Notes under the pieces: model-generated | The model's input: the letters and a program-made list of their open reading frames with translations, nothing else | Database searches by the model: none | Told to the model about the DNA's origin: nothing | Made by a program: the position numbers and the translations under genes | Assembly (NCBI GenBank): GCA_029237775.1 | Contig: JAQZBR010000009.1 | Coordinates: 7,708 to 71,707, forward strand | Origin: Bacteroidota bacterium | Lineage (GTDB): Bacteria > Bacteroidota > Bacteroidia > 2-12-FULL-35-15 | Length of the DNA: 64,000 bases | Reading direction: 5' to 3' | In this document: in pieces, positions 1 through 9,430 of the stretch | Layout: each line of letters starts with the position of its first letter | Numbering within the stretch: position 1 is the stretch's first letter

Positions 1-2269
1 TTATAGCATGATCTGATCGCTGCTTGTAATTAAGTCCATATCTGTTTTTTGTTGTGTCCGAATTCTGAACATACCCCTCCCATTCCCAGAATTGATAACT
101 GTTTGACAACAACGAATCTTTTCTCGTCAATGCAAATTTATTTTGTTCGAACTCATCCCGTACCCCGAAGGTGAACCATTTTATTGTTTGTGAGATCCCG
201 CTTTTGTGCCTGTAAAAGTTTGTATTTGTTTTACTGCTTGAATTCAAAAGACTTCCATCATAAGAAAAACGAAATCCTTTTTTTACAACATTGATGTTTG
301 AAATATGCTTGGTTGCATTGTATGCGTTGCCTTCCATAAATGCATTGAACCTGTATCCAAGCAATCCAAGATTTTTTTTTGAAACAGAAACTGCAAGCCC
401 CGCAATGTGCTGATCATCGCTAAGAGCAGAAGAAGCTCTGTTCCAATCACGTTCAAACTCCACACTTCTGTACCGCTCTATGGGAGAAAAATATTTCTGG
501 ACATACTCATAATTCACATTTGTGTTCAACCTGAAACCTTCTTGTAGCGTATCATTCGGTATCAGCTTGAATAAAGGAATACTGTTATCAAAATTTAATT
601 TCAATCCATAACCGGTATCGTCTTCACTGTTTGCTTTAGAAAAGGTATTGATATCGTTATTACTTGCGGCTCCTTCAACAGTTAGTTTTGAGTTCCGGCT
701 AAAGGCATACTCAGCACCAACCGTCAGCATCTGCTTTTTTCTCGGTGTTACAAGCTGTATCACAGGTTCATAACTTCCTCTCCTCTGACCGGTAAGCGTG
801 TCCGGCATTACCCATTCAAATACTTTCCCGTTGGCATCTGATGATACCTGGTTATAATTTCCTTTACCCACGCCTACGTTACTAAAAGTCACACGAAAAT
901 GTGCACTGTCGCTGTTGGTGCTGTAAACAAACACGTTCGGAAAAACATAACCTCCATACAGACTGTCTTTCTTCTGATACAATACCTCTTCATTTGAAAA
1001 TGGAACGCTGTCAAAACTCGGGCTGACTGCCAGTGATAGCGTATCTCCTATTCGGCTTAATAATTTTTTCTGATCTGCAGTAAGCTCTTGCTGTAATGGT
1101 TGGTTCTTGCTATCCTGTTCGGAATAGACATTCACATGCAGCCTTAATTTTCCCTGTTCGTAATCATTCCCGAAATGAACCAGCGAACGTGCGTAATTTT
1201 TATCAGAATACTGAAACTCAACAACAATACGTTTATCTTTTGTAATTAATTGTCGTGCAGTGAACGTGATCTCTGCGGTATTGTAATTTATCACGTAATC
1301 ATTTTCCTGCCCCCGTTCAACAAGCCTTCCATCTATGAACACTTTCTCGGTTCCTGACAGAACAATGATGAAGGGCTCACTTTCTGCTCCTCTTAAACGA
1401 TAGGGCCCCTGATTGCTTTCAATTCCCTGGATCTGATTCCTTGCAAACTTTCCTCTTGAAACTGCAGCGCTTATGGAAGTTGAATAGATGCCTTGCTTTG
1501 CTTTCTCTTTTTCTTCGTTCGTTTTTAAAGCCGTAGAGAAATTAATACCCTGAGCCTTTTTGTTGAAGTTCATAAAATAGGAAGCCGGCCGTAACAATTG
1601 GAAATCACCCGCGATTAATTTTGTATTCCCTTTTGACAGCTGAATGAAAACCTTATCAAACTCTTGCAATTGCTGGGTGTTTCCGTCAGGCTGAATAGGA
1701 ATGTTGTTGTCTGTTGCCGCCATGAGAATATCAACGTCATTGCTTAAATGCCCCGACAGCTGCAGATTCAGGTTTGAGTTGACAACTACATCCTGATTAT
1801 TTCCAAACGTGATCCCGCGTGAAATACTCCCACTTTTATTAAGTCCGTCCATTTTAAAAATATCATCGTTCTTACTTTCTATTTCGTAGCTGAAGGGATT
1901 TGCCACTCCTGAAATGTCTGTCTTTACACGGTTGGCATCCTTATGCCTGATTGTTTCTGTGAAAAGAAAGGGAAAGGTTTTGTATTCTATGGTCATGCTG
2001 TCAGTGGAAACACTGTCAGCTGCCATTTTCGCCCTGTTAAAAAAGAGAAGGCCCTGGGCGTAATTAATTTCGTAATATGATGTATCAAGTAATTGTTCGT
2101 TCGTAAGGCGAATAGTGAGTGAGCCCGGAACCAGGCTGAGTGAATCGGCCCGGATAGTATCTGCAACAACGTTTATTACCTGTGAGCGGGCACCCGAACT
2201 TACCTGCGCGCGGATGCCGGAAGAGATAATTACCAATAAAATAAAAAATATACTTTTTCTTAATTTCAC
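1..2269 (-). CDS. Outer-membrane protein, family unassigned. Partial: the C-terminus lies beyond the window start. Probable GTG start at ~2269, cleavable signal peptide (MKLRKSIFFILLVIISSGIRAQ), beta-rich.
   Basis: Long stop-free frame on the minus strand from ~2269 to the window edge; read by eye. Not in the ORF track because it is incomplete. The N-terminus looks like a signal peptide. Composition rich in N/S/T/Y/G, typical of OM beta-barrels. Confidence 0.4.
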   Translation of the reverse strand, partial: MKLRKSIFFILLVIISSGIRAQVSSGARSQVINVVADTIRADSLSLVPGSLTIRLTNEQLLDTSYYEINYAQGLLFFNRAKMAADSVSTDSMTIEYKTFPFLFTETIRHKDANRVKTDISGVANPFSYEIESKNDDIFKMDGLNKSGSISRGITFGNNQDVVVNSNLNLQLSGHLSNDVDILMAATDNNIPIQPDGNTQQLQEFDKVFIQLSKGNTKLIAGDFQLLRPASYFMNFNKKAQGINFSTALKTNEEKEKAKQGIYSTSISAAVSRGKFARNQIQGIESNQGPYRLRGAESEPFIIVLSGTEKVFIDGRLVERGQENDYVINYNTAEITFTARQLITKDKRIVVEFQYSDKNYARSLVHFGNDYEQGKLRLHVNVYSEQDSKNQPLQQELTADQKKLLSRIGDTLSLAVSPSFDSVPFSNEEVLYQKKDSLYGGYVFPNVFVYSTNSDSAHFRVTFSNVGVGKGNYNQVSSDANGKVFEWVMPDTLTGQRRGSYEPVIQLVTPRKKQMLTVGAEYAFSRNSKLTVEGAASNNDINTFSKANSEDDTGYGLKLNFDNSIPLFKLIPNDTLQEGFRLNTNVNYEYVQKYFSPIERYRSVEFERDWNRASSALSDDQHIAGLAVSVSKKNLGLLGYRFNAFMEGNAYNATKHISNINVVKKGFRFSYDGSLLNSSSKTNTNFYRHKSGISQTIKWFTFGVRDEFEQNKFALTRKDSLLSNSYQFWEWEGYVQNSDTTKNRYGLNYKQRSDHAI

Positions 2270-2409
2270 AAGAATGGAATACCCTGCAGGATATACAATT
2301 TAAAGGTACTATTTAAAATAATTACAGGATGTTAAACATCGTCAGCCCTTAAAAATACTAATTTTAGGGCGCAGAATTCTCCATCTCCAACATCTACATA
2401 CGCATAAAC

Positions 2410-3177
2410 ATGGCAAAAATTATAACCTATAACGTAAATGGAATACGTTCCGCGATCAGCAAAGGATTTGTTGAATGGCTAAAAGCAGCAAATCCGGATA
2501 TAATTTGCCTGCAGGAGATCAAGGCGGACCCTACGCAATTCGACACAGGTATATTTGAAGAGCTCGGTTATTATCACTACTGGTATCCCGCGCAGAAAAA
2601 GGGATACAGCGGTGTCGCGATACTCACTAAAATACTTCCTTCTCACATTGAATATGGTTGTGGAATTGAAAAATATGATTTTGAAGGAAGGATCCTCCGG
2701 GCTGATTTTGGTGACATCTCCGTAATGAGTGTTTATCATCCAAGTGGAAGCAGCGGTGAAGATCGTCAGGCTTTTAAAATGCAATGGCTTTCTGATTTCT
2801 ATGTTTACATTGAGAATTTAAAAAAAGAGCGCCCTAAACTGGTGATCTCCGGAGATTATAATATTTGTCACCAGCCGATAGATATTCACAACCCGAAAAG
2901 CAATGCGAACAGCAGCGGTTTCCTTCCGGAAGAAAGATCCTGGATCGAGGGGTTTCTGAGATCAGGATTCGTGGACAGCTTCAGGCATTTTAACAAAGAA
3001 CCACACAACTACACCTGGTGGAGTTTTCGTGCGGGGGCAAGAGGCAAAAATCTCGGCTGGCGAATCGATTATAACCTGGTGAGTGAACCTTTGGCCGCAC
3101 AAATGAAAAGAGCTCTAATTCTTGCTGAGGCAAAGCATTCAGACCATTGTCCTTCGGTTGTAGAACTTGATTTTTAG
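2410..3177 (+). CDS. xth: Exodeoxyribonuclease III (AP endonuclease, Xth family)
   Basis: 255 aa. N-terminus MAKIITYNVNGIRSA...DIICLQEIKA and C-terminal SDHCP motif are characteristic of the exonuclease III/AP endonuclease fold. Confidence 0.9.
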   Translation: MAKIITYNVNGIRSAISKGFVEWLKAANPDIICLQEIKADPTQFDTGIFEELGYYHYWYPAQKKGYSGVAILTKILPSHIEYGCGIEKYDFEGRILRADFGDISVMSVYHPSGSSGEDRQAFKMQWLSDFYVYIENLKKERPKLVISGDYNICHQPIDIHNPKSNANSSGFLPEERSWIEGFLRSGFVDSFRHFNKEPHNYTWWSFRAGARGKNLGWRIDYNLVSEPLAAQMKRALILAEAKHSDHCPSVVELDF

Positions 3178-3292
3178 AAGTTCAGCTTCACTCACTAGGC
3201 GTCATTTTAACGAAACATTCATAAAAAACAATGGCGTATGGCATATGGCCTTAAAAAACATGGTAATAAGATATGAAATTTAGTTATAATCT

Positions 3293-3300
3293 ATATATTT
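3293..3300 (+). promoter_or_regulatory. Candidate Bacteroidetes sigmaA -7 element (TATATTTG, matches TAnnTTTG) upstream of the SBP gene
   Basis: Motif match in the intergenic region about 100 nt upstream of the ATG at 3402. Small hairpins (aagaaatt/aatttctt) lie in the putative 5'UTR. Confidence 0.3.
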
Positions 3301-3401
3301 GTGCCTCATGAATAAGAAATTACCAATTTCTTCCTTACAAAGCATTTACAGAATATTGAATGGTTCAATCCATTACTATTAAAAAACAAATTTTTTTAAA
3401 T

Positions 3402-5153
3402 ATGAAAAAAGTTATTTATTCTTTCCTGATTGCTGGTCTTTTGGCATCATGCTCAAGCGACAACAATTCTTCGGGAGAAGCGCGCAAAGCCAAAGGTGGT
3501 GTGTATTACGGTGGAGTGTTCAGAACGAATGAAGTGGAAGATTTCCGTAACTTATTCCCGCTTAATATTACTGAGGTTACTTCTCACCGGATCGCAAATC
3601 AGGTTTATGAAGGACTTGTAAAGCTTTCTCAATCTGATCTTACAGTGATTCCAGGGCTTGCAGAGAAATGGGAAAAGAATGCTGATGCAACACAATGGAC
3701 ATTTTCGATCAGAAAAGGAATTAAATTTCATGATGATGCCTGCTTCCCTGACGGAAAAGGACGTGAGGTTACAGCTAAAGATTTTAAATACTGCTTCGAT
3801 ATGCTTTGTACTTCCAGCCCGGAAAATCAACAGTTCGGAGGAACCTTCAAAGACCGCGTAGTCGGAGCTAATGAATATTACCAATCTACAATCGACAAAA
3901 AACCCATTGCAGGCGGTGTTAGCGGAGTTAAAGTGGTCGATGACTACACCATACAGATCAGCCTGATGCATCCTTTTGCCGGATTTTTAAATATCATGAG
4001 TACTCCGGGCTGCTGGCTTTATCCTCAGGAAGCTCACGACAAATACGGTGTTGATATGCGCGCTAAATGTGTTGGAACAGGCCCATTCCAGGTGAAGAGC
4101 GTTAAAGAAGGAGAAGCTGTTATTCTGGAGCGTAACCCGAATTACTGGAACGTGGATGAGCATGGCAATCAGCTGCCATATCTTGATGCAGTTAAATACA
4201 CTTTTATCAAAGAGAAAAAATCAGAATTACTTGAATTTAAACGTGGAAATCTTGATATGATCTTCCGTTTACCTATCGAGATGATTCCGGATATCCTTGG
4301 GGAGCTTGACCACGCGAAAGAAGGCAACCAGCCTTTCGACATGCAGGTTGTTCCGGCTATGAGCATCTTCTATTATGGATTTCAGCACCAGAGTGATATT
4401 TTTGACAAGAAAGAGGTTCGTTTAGCATTTAACTATGCTATCGACCGCGAGAAAATTGTGAATTATACATTACAGGGTGAAGGAATCCCGGGATTGTTCG
4501 GTATCGTACCTCCTTCATTCAAAATGTACGATCACAAATCTTTAAAGGGTTATAATTTCGATGCTGACAAAGCGCGTAAATACATGGCTACAGCAGGTTA
4601 TCCTGATGGAAAAGGATTTCCTAAGCTAACATTACAGATCAACAGTGGCGGTGGCGACAGAAACATTCAGACTGCTGAAGTTATTCAGAAAATGCTGAAA
4701 GAAAATCTGAACATCGATATCGATATCAATGTTATGCCTTTCGCAGAACAGCTTGAAAGCGTTGAAACAGGAAAAGCATTATTCTGGAGATCAGGATGGG
4801 TTGCGGATTATCCGGATCCGGAGATCTTCCTTACTTTACTTTACAGCAAGCACATTCCCGAAAAATTATCGGACAAATCATACCTGAATTCAGTACGTTA
4901 CAAGAGTGCCAGATTCGATTCCCTTTTCACTGCTGCCCTACAGGAACCGGATGACGCAAAACGTATGGACCTTTACCGTCAGGCAGACCAACAGCAAATT
5001 GATGACGGCTCTATCATGCCTATTTTTTATGATGAGAATTACCGTTTAGTACAAAAGAATGTAAAGAATTTCCCTGCAAATGCAATGGAATACCGTGATT
5101 TCACACGTGTTTATATTGAACCGCAAACTGAAAAACCGGAAGCAAAAAAATAG
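3402..5153 (+). CDS. Extracellular solute-binding protein family 5 (OppA/DppA-like) lipoprotein. ORF track start is 3360; the likely start is the internal Met at 3402.
   Basis: MKKVIYSFLIAGLLASCSS lipoprotein signal with lipobox. Length about 580 aa and overall pattern typical of peptide/nickel SBP family 5. No permease or ATPase genes adjacent. Confidence 0.7.
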   Translation: MKKVIYSFLIAGLLASCSSDNNSSGEARKAKGGVYYGGVFRTNEVEDFRNLFPLNITEVTSHRIANQVYEGLVKLSQSDLTVIPGLAEKWEKNADATQWTFSIRKGIKFHDDACFPDGKGREVTAKDFKYCFDMLCTSSPENQQFGGTFKDRVVGANEYYQSTIDKKPIAGGVSGVKVVDDYTIQISLMHPFAGFLNIMSTPGCWLYPQEAHDKYGVDMRAKCVGTGPFQVKSVKEGEAVILERNPNYWNVDEHGNQLPYLDAVKYTFIKEKKSELLEFKRGNLDMIFRLPIEMIPDILGELDHAKEGNQPFDMQVVPAMSIFYYGFQHQSDIFDKKEVRLAFNYAIDREKIVNYTLQGEGIPGLFGIVPPSFKMYDHKSLKGYNFDADKARKYMATAGYPDGKGFPKLTLQINSGGGDRNIQTAEVIQKMLKENLNIDIDINVMPFAEQLESVETGKALFWRSGWVADYPDPEIFLTLLYSKHIPEKLSDKSYLNSVRYKSARFDSLFTAALQEPDDAKRMDLYRQADQQQIDDGSIMPIFYDENYRLVQKNVKNFPANAMEYRDFTRVYIEPQTEKPEAKK

Positions 5154-5175
5154 TAATTACACAGACATTTAGGAA

Positions 5176-5208
5176 CCACTCTTTCTCCCCGGAAGAGTGG
5201 TTTTTTTA
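5176..5208 (+). terminator. Rho-independent terminator (ccactctt / aagagtgg stem followed by T7)
   Basis: 8-bp perfect stem, 9-nt loop, then tttttttata, directly after the SBP stop. Confidence 0.6.
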
Positions 5209-5449
5209 TACACGAATCCTTCATTAAATTTGCATGCTCGAAATTTTCGCTCCCGCTCCTTCCAGGAGGGTCGGGGTGGTTTACAAGAATCTAACTTCTA
5301 TCAAATACTCATATAACTTTTAACCGTTAACTATTAACCTGCCTCTTATTAACAATCGCCTCATTTCCACTGTGCAAAAACTTTCTGCGGTACTTGCGTA
5401 AGGCGACATTAGATTGAATAATATTGTATGACCAAAAAACTCAAGAACA

Positions 5450-6457
5450 ATGAAAAAAACATATAAATATTTAGCGGTAATTTTATTCGCATCTTCTTTG
5501 TTCTCCTGCGTTCCACAACGCAAGCTGGAAGAAGAGCAGGCCAAACGCAAAACTTGTGAAACAGAACTTGCTGACCTGAAAACACGCTGCCAGGACTGTG
5601 ATACAAAACTTACAGAAGCAACCAAAGCAATTGCAGACAATACAAAGATCATCAACGGGCTGCAAAAAGACACATCCATTGCAGGTAACAGCTACCGCGG
5701 CCTAACAGCTAAATACGACAAGCTGAATCAGATCAACGAACAACTGCTTGATAAATACAATCGTCTTTTGGAAGGAAATTTATCCGATACCAAAAAGCTT
5801 TCAGGTGAGTTACAGGGCACCCAGGAACAGCTTTTGAAAAAAGAAGATGAGTTAAAACGACTCGCTGCTGAGCTGGATGCAAAGAAGAAAGATCTTGATG
5901 CACTCACAGAAGAACTGAAGAAGCGTGAAGCGCGTGTTGCCGAGCTGGAAGGAATTCTGAAGAAAAAAGATGATGCAACAAATGAGCTGAAGAAGAAGAT
6001 CTCCGATGCTTTAACCGGTTTTGAAGGAAAAGGGCTGACTATCACGCAAAAGAACGGAAAAGTTTATGTTTCAATGGATGAAAGCTTACTCTTTGCTTCT
6101 GGAAGCACAACAGTTGAGGCTAAAGGTGTTGAGGCTCTTAAAAAAGTTGCAAAGGTCCTTGAACAGAACACTGATATTAACATCCTTATTGAAGGACATA
6201 CCGATGATGTACCTATGGTTGGCAAGGGCGACATTAAAGATAACTGGGATCTTAGTGTAATGCGTGCGACATCTATTGTTAAGATCATAACGAAAAACAG
6301 CAGTGTTGATCCGAAACGATTAACTGCTGCAGGTCGTGGTGAATACTTTCCTATAGAAGCTGCAAAGACTGCAGAGGCACGTAAAAAGAACAGAAGAACA
6401 GAGATCATCCTCACACCGAAACTGGACGAACTACTAAAGGTTCTGGAAACAAACTAA
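5450..6457 (+). CDS. OmpA-family lipoprotein with long N-terminal coiled coil and C-terminal OmpA/MotB peptidoglycan-binding domain
   Basis: Lipoprotein signal MKKTYKYLAVILFASSLFSC. K/E/L-rich heptad region. C-terminal NTDINILIEGHTDDVP...NWDLSVMRA...AAGRGEYFPI...RRTEIILTP is the canonical OmpA_C motif. Confidence 0.8.
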   Translation: MKKTYKYLAVILFASSLFSCVPQRKLEEEQAKRKTCETELADLKTRCQDCDTKLTEATKAIADNTKIINGLQKDTSIAGNSYRGLTAKYDKLNQINEQLLDKYNRLLEGNLSDTKKLSGELQGTQEQLLKKEDELKRLAAELDAKKKDLDALTEELKKREARVAELEGILKKKDDATNELKKKISDALTGFEGKGLTITQKNGKVYVSMDESLLFASGSTTVEAKGVEALKKVAKVLEQNTDINILIEGHTDDVPMVGKGDIKDNWDLSVMRATSIVKIITKNSSVDPKRLTAAGRGEYFPIEAAKTAEARKKNRRTEIILTPKLDELLKVLETN

Positions 6458-6476
6458 TATAGCTTTAAAAGGCCTG

Positions 6477-6518
6477 AACTCCGCTTTGTCAGTCAATACT
6501 ACACAGCGGAGTTTTTTA
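6477..6518 (+). terminator. Probable intrinsic terminator (aactccgct / agcggagtt stem, long loop, T-run)
   Basis: 9-bp stem followed by tttttta, immediately downstream of the OmpA-family gene stop. Confidence 0.45.
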
Positions 6519-6595
6519 TAATACAACAGGTTAATTTTTAACCCGATGTAACATTTTAAGATTATTACGTTATTCATTTCTACGGAAAACATCAA

Positions 6596-8329
6596 ATGAA
6601 AAAATCAATTCTCTTTTTAAGCTTGTTTTTAATTTGTCGGTTAGGCATCAGCCAGGACCTTATTGAATACTGGGATATCGGTCAGACAAAAAAGAAAAGC
6701 GAACAGCAAATAAAAAACGGTATGCAGGATGGGAAATTCACTGCATGGTATGAGACCGGTGACGTTGCTAAGGAAGGAGTTTTTAAAGACGGAAAAGAGA
6801 ATGGAAAATTCATGACTTATTATCCGGGTAAAAAAGTAAAAGCGGAAGAGAATTACATTCTTGGAAAGAAAGAAGGCGCCTGGAAATACTGGTATATGAA
6901 TGGAGGCAAAGCTCAGGAAACATTTTTTAAAAATGATCTGGCCGACAGTACCTGGACCGGCTGGCACGAAAACGGGAAGCTTAAAAGCGTAGAGAATTAC
7001 ATTAAAGGAAAAAAGGAAGGAACTTGGACGTACTATTACGATAACGGACAAAAAGAAAGTGAAGGGAGCTTTAAGAATGACCTTCAGGAAGGCTTATACA
7101 CCGGCTGGTATAAAAACGGGAACGAACAGCGTAAAGGAAATTATAAAGCTGATAAAAAAACGGGAGTCTGGAAAGAATGGTATATGGATAACAAGCCAAA
7201 GCAGGAGCTTGTATATGAGTCACCGGATGATATTCTGATCATGAACCTTTGGCTGGAAAGCGGACAGCAAATGATCACCAACGGGAACGGGAAATTTACT
7301 ATTGTGTATGACACCGGAAAGAAAAAGGGTGAAGGCAGCTATAAGGAAGGAAGAATGGATGGCGACTGGATCTTCTACTTACCAACGGGAGAAAAAGATT
7401 ACACCGTAAAATATGTAAAAGGAAAAAAGAATGGGATCTGCACCAACTGGTTTAAAAACGGTAAAGTGAAAAGTGAAGGCTCGTTCGCAGATGACAAAAA
7501 GAATGGTTACTGGAAATGGTATAAAGAGGATGGCAAGGTTGCAATGGAAGGTTCTTTGAAGGACAATTTCCGCACAGGAAAATGGATGTATTGGTTTAAC
7601 AATGGTGCCAAAGAATCGCAGGGGATTTACAAGGAAGATTTAATGGATAGCACCTGGACCTATTGGTATAACACTGGAACCAAGTGGAAAGAAGGAAATT
7701 ACAAAAACAATTTAAAGGATGGTAAATGGACAGTTTGGTTTGAGAACGGTCAAAAACTGCAGGAGGGTTCTTATGTGAATGGGAAAGAAGAAGGAGTATG
7801 GCAGTCATGGTTTGAAGACGGCAGCATGAAGGATGAAGGCACGTTCACTGCCGGAGTTATGAATGGAAGCTGGAAAGGATGGTTCCCGGGAAACAAGCCA
7901 AACTACACCGGCTTTTTCAAAAATGGCTTAAAGGATGGCGATTGGAAATATTTTTATGATAAAGGAAATGTAAAGGAAGAAGGTTCCTTTAAAGAAGGCC
8001 GGAAAAGCGGGCATTGGATCTTCTGGACACCTTACGGCATTAAAGACAGCGAAGGCGATTATAAGGACGAAAAACCGGAAGGTAAATGGACTTATTATTA
8101 TGAGACCGGAGTGAAATCAATGGAACAAAATTATGAAGACGGAAAGCTTAGCGGATCCGCAAGTTCATGGTATGAAAACGCACAGCTTAAAAGCACTACC
8201 TCCTATAAGCTCATAAAAGAGAAAAGCGGTCGTGTAGAGAGTAAGCCGGACGGAAAGTGGACGTACTATGACAAAAATGGCAAGGTGATCATGGAAACCA
8301 CCTATAACAAAGGAGTAAAAGCCAACTGA
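6596..8329 (+). CDS. Secreted MORN-variant repeat protein (YwqK-like), about 22 tandem ~23-aa repeats
   Basis: Signal peptide MKKSILFLSLFLICRLGISQ. Reiterated G.W..WY.NG.K..EG.(Y/F)K.(G/D)..(D/E)G motifs throughout. Confidence 0.7.
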   Translation: MKKSILFLSLFLICRLGISQDLIEYWDIGQTKKKSEQQIKNGMQDGKFTAWYETGDVAKEGVFKDGKENGKFMTYYPGKKVKAEENYILGKKEGAWKYWYMNGGKAQETFFKNDLADSTWTGWHENGKLKSVENYIKGKKEGTWTYYYDNGQKESEGSFKNDLQEGLYTGWYKNGNEQRKGNYKADKKTGVWKEWYMDNKPKQELVYESPDDILIMNLWLESGQQMITNGNGKFTIVYDTGKKKGEGSYKEGRMDGDWIFYLPTGEKDYTVKYVKGKKNGICTNWFKNGKVKSEGSFADDKKNGYWKWYKEDGKVAMEGSLKDNFRTGKWMYWFNNGAKESQGIYKEDLMDSTWTYWYNTGTKWKEGNYKNNLKDGKWTVWFENGQKLQEGSYVNGKEEGVWQSWFEDGSMKDEGTFTAGVMNGSWKGWFPGNKPNYTGFFKNGLKDGDWKYFYDKGNVKEEGSFKEGRKSGHWIFWTPYGIKDSEGDYKDEKPEGKWTYYYETGVKSMEQNYEDGKLSGSASSWYENAQLKSTTSYKLIKEKSGRVESKPDGKWTYYDKNGKVIMETTYNKGVKAN

Positions 8330-8716
8330 TTATCTGCGAACCTTGTGAAGGGTATGCCCGTGAGCGGCATGACCGTGCGATTCCGGATGGTGCTTTTTAT
8401 TTGCCAGATTATGCTGAATGATTTTCATTTTGGCTTCAGCCTCAGCTTTTGAACGTTTTCTCGCGTTAATTGTACTGATCCAGGCAATTGCAATAACAAC
8501 AGCAAAACCTACTACCATATACACATAGCTCATAAATTCATCATGAGCCGCCTTTTCCTGAAGCTGAAGTGTTTTTTTTACATTGCTCAATGATGGGCCG
8601 CCATCCTGTGCAAGTATCTGTTGTGCTGAAGTAAGAAGTAAGAAGAAAAGAAGGGTACCGCTCTTATAAATCTTTGCAAATCTGCTTGTTACGGATGTTT
8701 TAATAGAAGTTTCCAT
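8330..8716 (-). CDS. Small two-TM membrane protein with His-rich C-terminal tail (HHPESHGHAAHGHTLH)
   Basis: 128-aa ORF. Two hydrophobic segments. The stop codon abuts the stop of the convergent MORN gene with 0-nt gap. No recognisable family. Confidence 0.4.
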   Translation of the reverse strand: METSIKTSVTSRFAKIYKSGTLLFFLLLTSAQQILAQDGGPSLSNVKKTLQLQEKAAHDEFMSYVYMVVGFAVVIAIAWISTINARKRSKAEAEAKMKIIQHNLANKKHHPESHGHAAHGHTLHKVRR

Positions 8717-8878
8717 AATATTTAATTTTAGATTACACAGTTGCGGAGTAGAACCATATTAACAAATAAAGATAAAATTCAACTTTACTCCGACAAAAGT
8801 AAACTATTTAGCTATTAAGACGAAAAAAAAAGCATTATAGTTGCTCAAAAAAGATTTTTTAATTAGAAATTTACTTCG

Positions 8879-8886
8879 TATCTTTG
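8879..8886 (+). promoter_or_regulatory. Candidate -7 promoter element TATCTTTG for the rimP-nusA-infB operon
   Basis: TAnnTTTG match about 68 nt upstream of the rimP ATG. The -33 element is weak or not obvious. Confidence 0.3.
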
Positions 8887-8911
8887 CCACTCGAAAATAG
8901 GGAATTGATTA

Positions 8912-8942
8912 GAAAGAGGGGACGTTGTCCCCTCTTTCTTTT
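8912..8942 (+). promoter_or_regulatory. Leader hairpin/attenuator: 12-bp perfect stem (gaaagaggggac / gtcccctctttc), 3-nt loop, then TTTT, 15 nt before the rimP start
   Basis: Read directly. Terminator-like structure lying between the candidate promoter and the rimP start codon. Confidence 0.45.
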
Positions 8943-8953
8943 ACCAAAACTGA

Positions 8954-9418
8954 ATGATAACAGCTGAAAAAATAAGAGAACTTGCGGAAGCTAAAATAGC
9001 TGAGGGCTCTAACTTCATTGTTGATGTTGTAGTGAAGCCCGGAAACAACATTTATATCCTTATCGATAATGACAATGGCGTTTCGATCAAGGATTGTGTG
9101 GAGATGAGCCGTTATGTGGAGTCGAACCTCGACAGAGAAGCTGAAGATTTTGAATTGCATGTTTCATCACCGGGACTCGACAGGCCTTTAAAGACCATCA
9201 GACAATATCAGAAGTATCTTGGTAAGGAGCTTAGCGTAACAACAAAAGAAGGACAAAAATTATCCGGAAAGCTGCTGAAGGTTAATGATGAAGGAATAGA
9301 GCTGGAAGCAAAATCGAAAGAAGCAGTTGAAGGCAAAAAAGGAAAACATTTAATAATCCGTAATATCAATTTAACTTTTAATCAAATCAAAGAAACTAAA
9401 GTTGTAATATCATTTTAA
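8954..9418 (+). CDS. rimP: Ribosome maturation factor RimP
   Basis: 154 aa. Conserved RimP N-terminal region. Sits immediately upstream of nusA as in the canonical rimP-nusA-infB operon. Confidence 0.85.
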   Translation: MITAEKIRELAEAKIAEGSNFIVDVVVKPGNNIYILIDNDNGVSIKDCVEMSRYVESNLDREAEDFELHVSSPGLDRPLKTIRQYQKYLGKELSVTTKEGQKLSGKLLKVNDEGIELEAKSKEAVEGKKGKHLIIRNINLTFNQIKETKVVISF

Positions 9419-9430
9419 CAAAAAAACAAA

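Noticed and set aside
2479-2784. Minus-strand ORFs overlapping annotated genes (e.g. 2479-2784, 3552-3971, 5728-6045, 6064-6414, 20583-20954, 62067-62387, 63243-63591)
   Set aside because: They lie antisense within well-supported genes (xth, SBP, OmpA-family gene, actB, DUF4175-like protein). They have low-complexity composition mirroring the sense strand and no signal of independent function.
5209-5300. GC-rich segment cgctcccgctccttccaggagggtcggggtgg as a candidate sRNA or terminator
   Set aside because: Only short imperfect complementary stretches (ctcc/ggag). No convincing stem or U-run on either strand. Left unannotated.
6596-8329. MORN/YwqK-type protein as the immunity gene of a toxin-immunity pair
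   Set aside because: No toxin candidate (deaminase, nuclease or polymorphic-toxin domain) is encoded adjacent. Neighbours are an OmpA lipoprotein and a small membrane protein.
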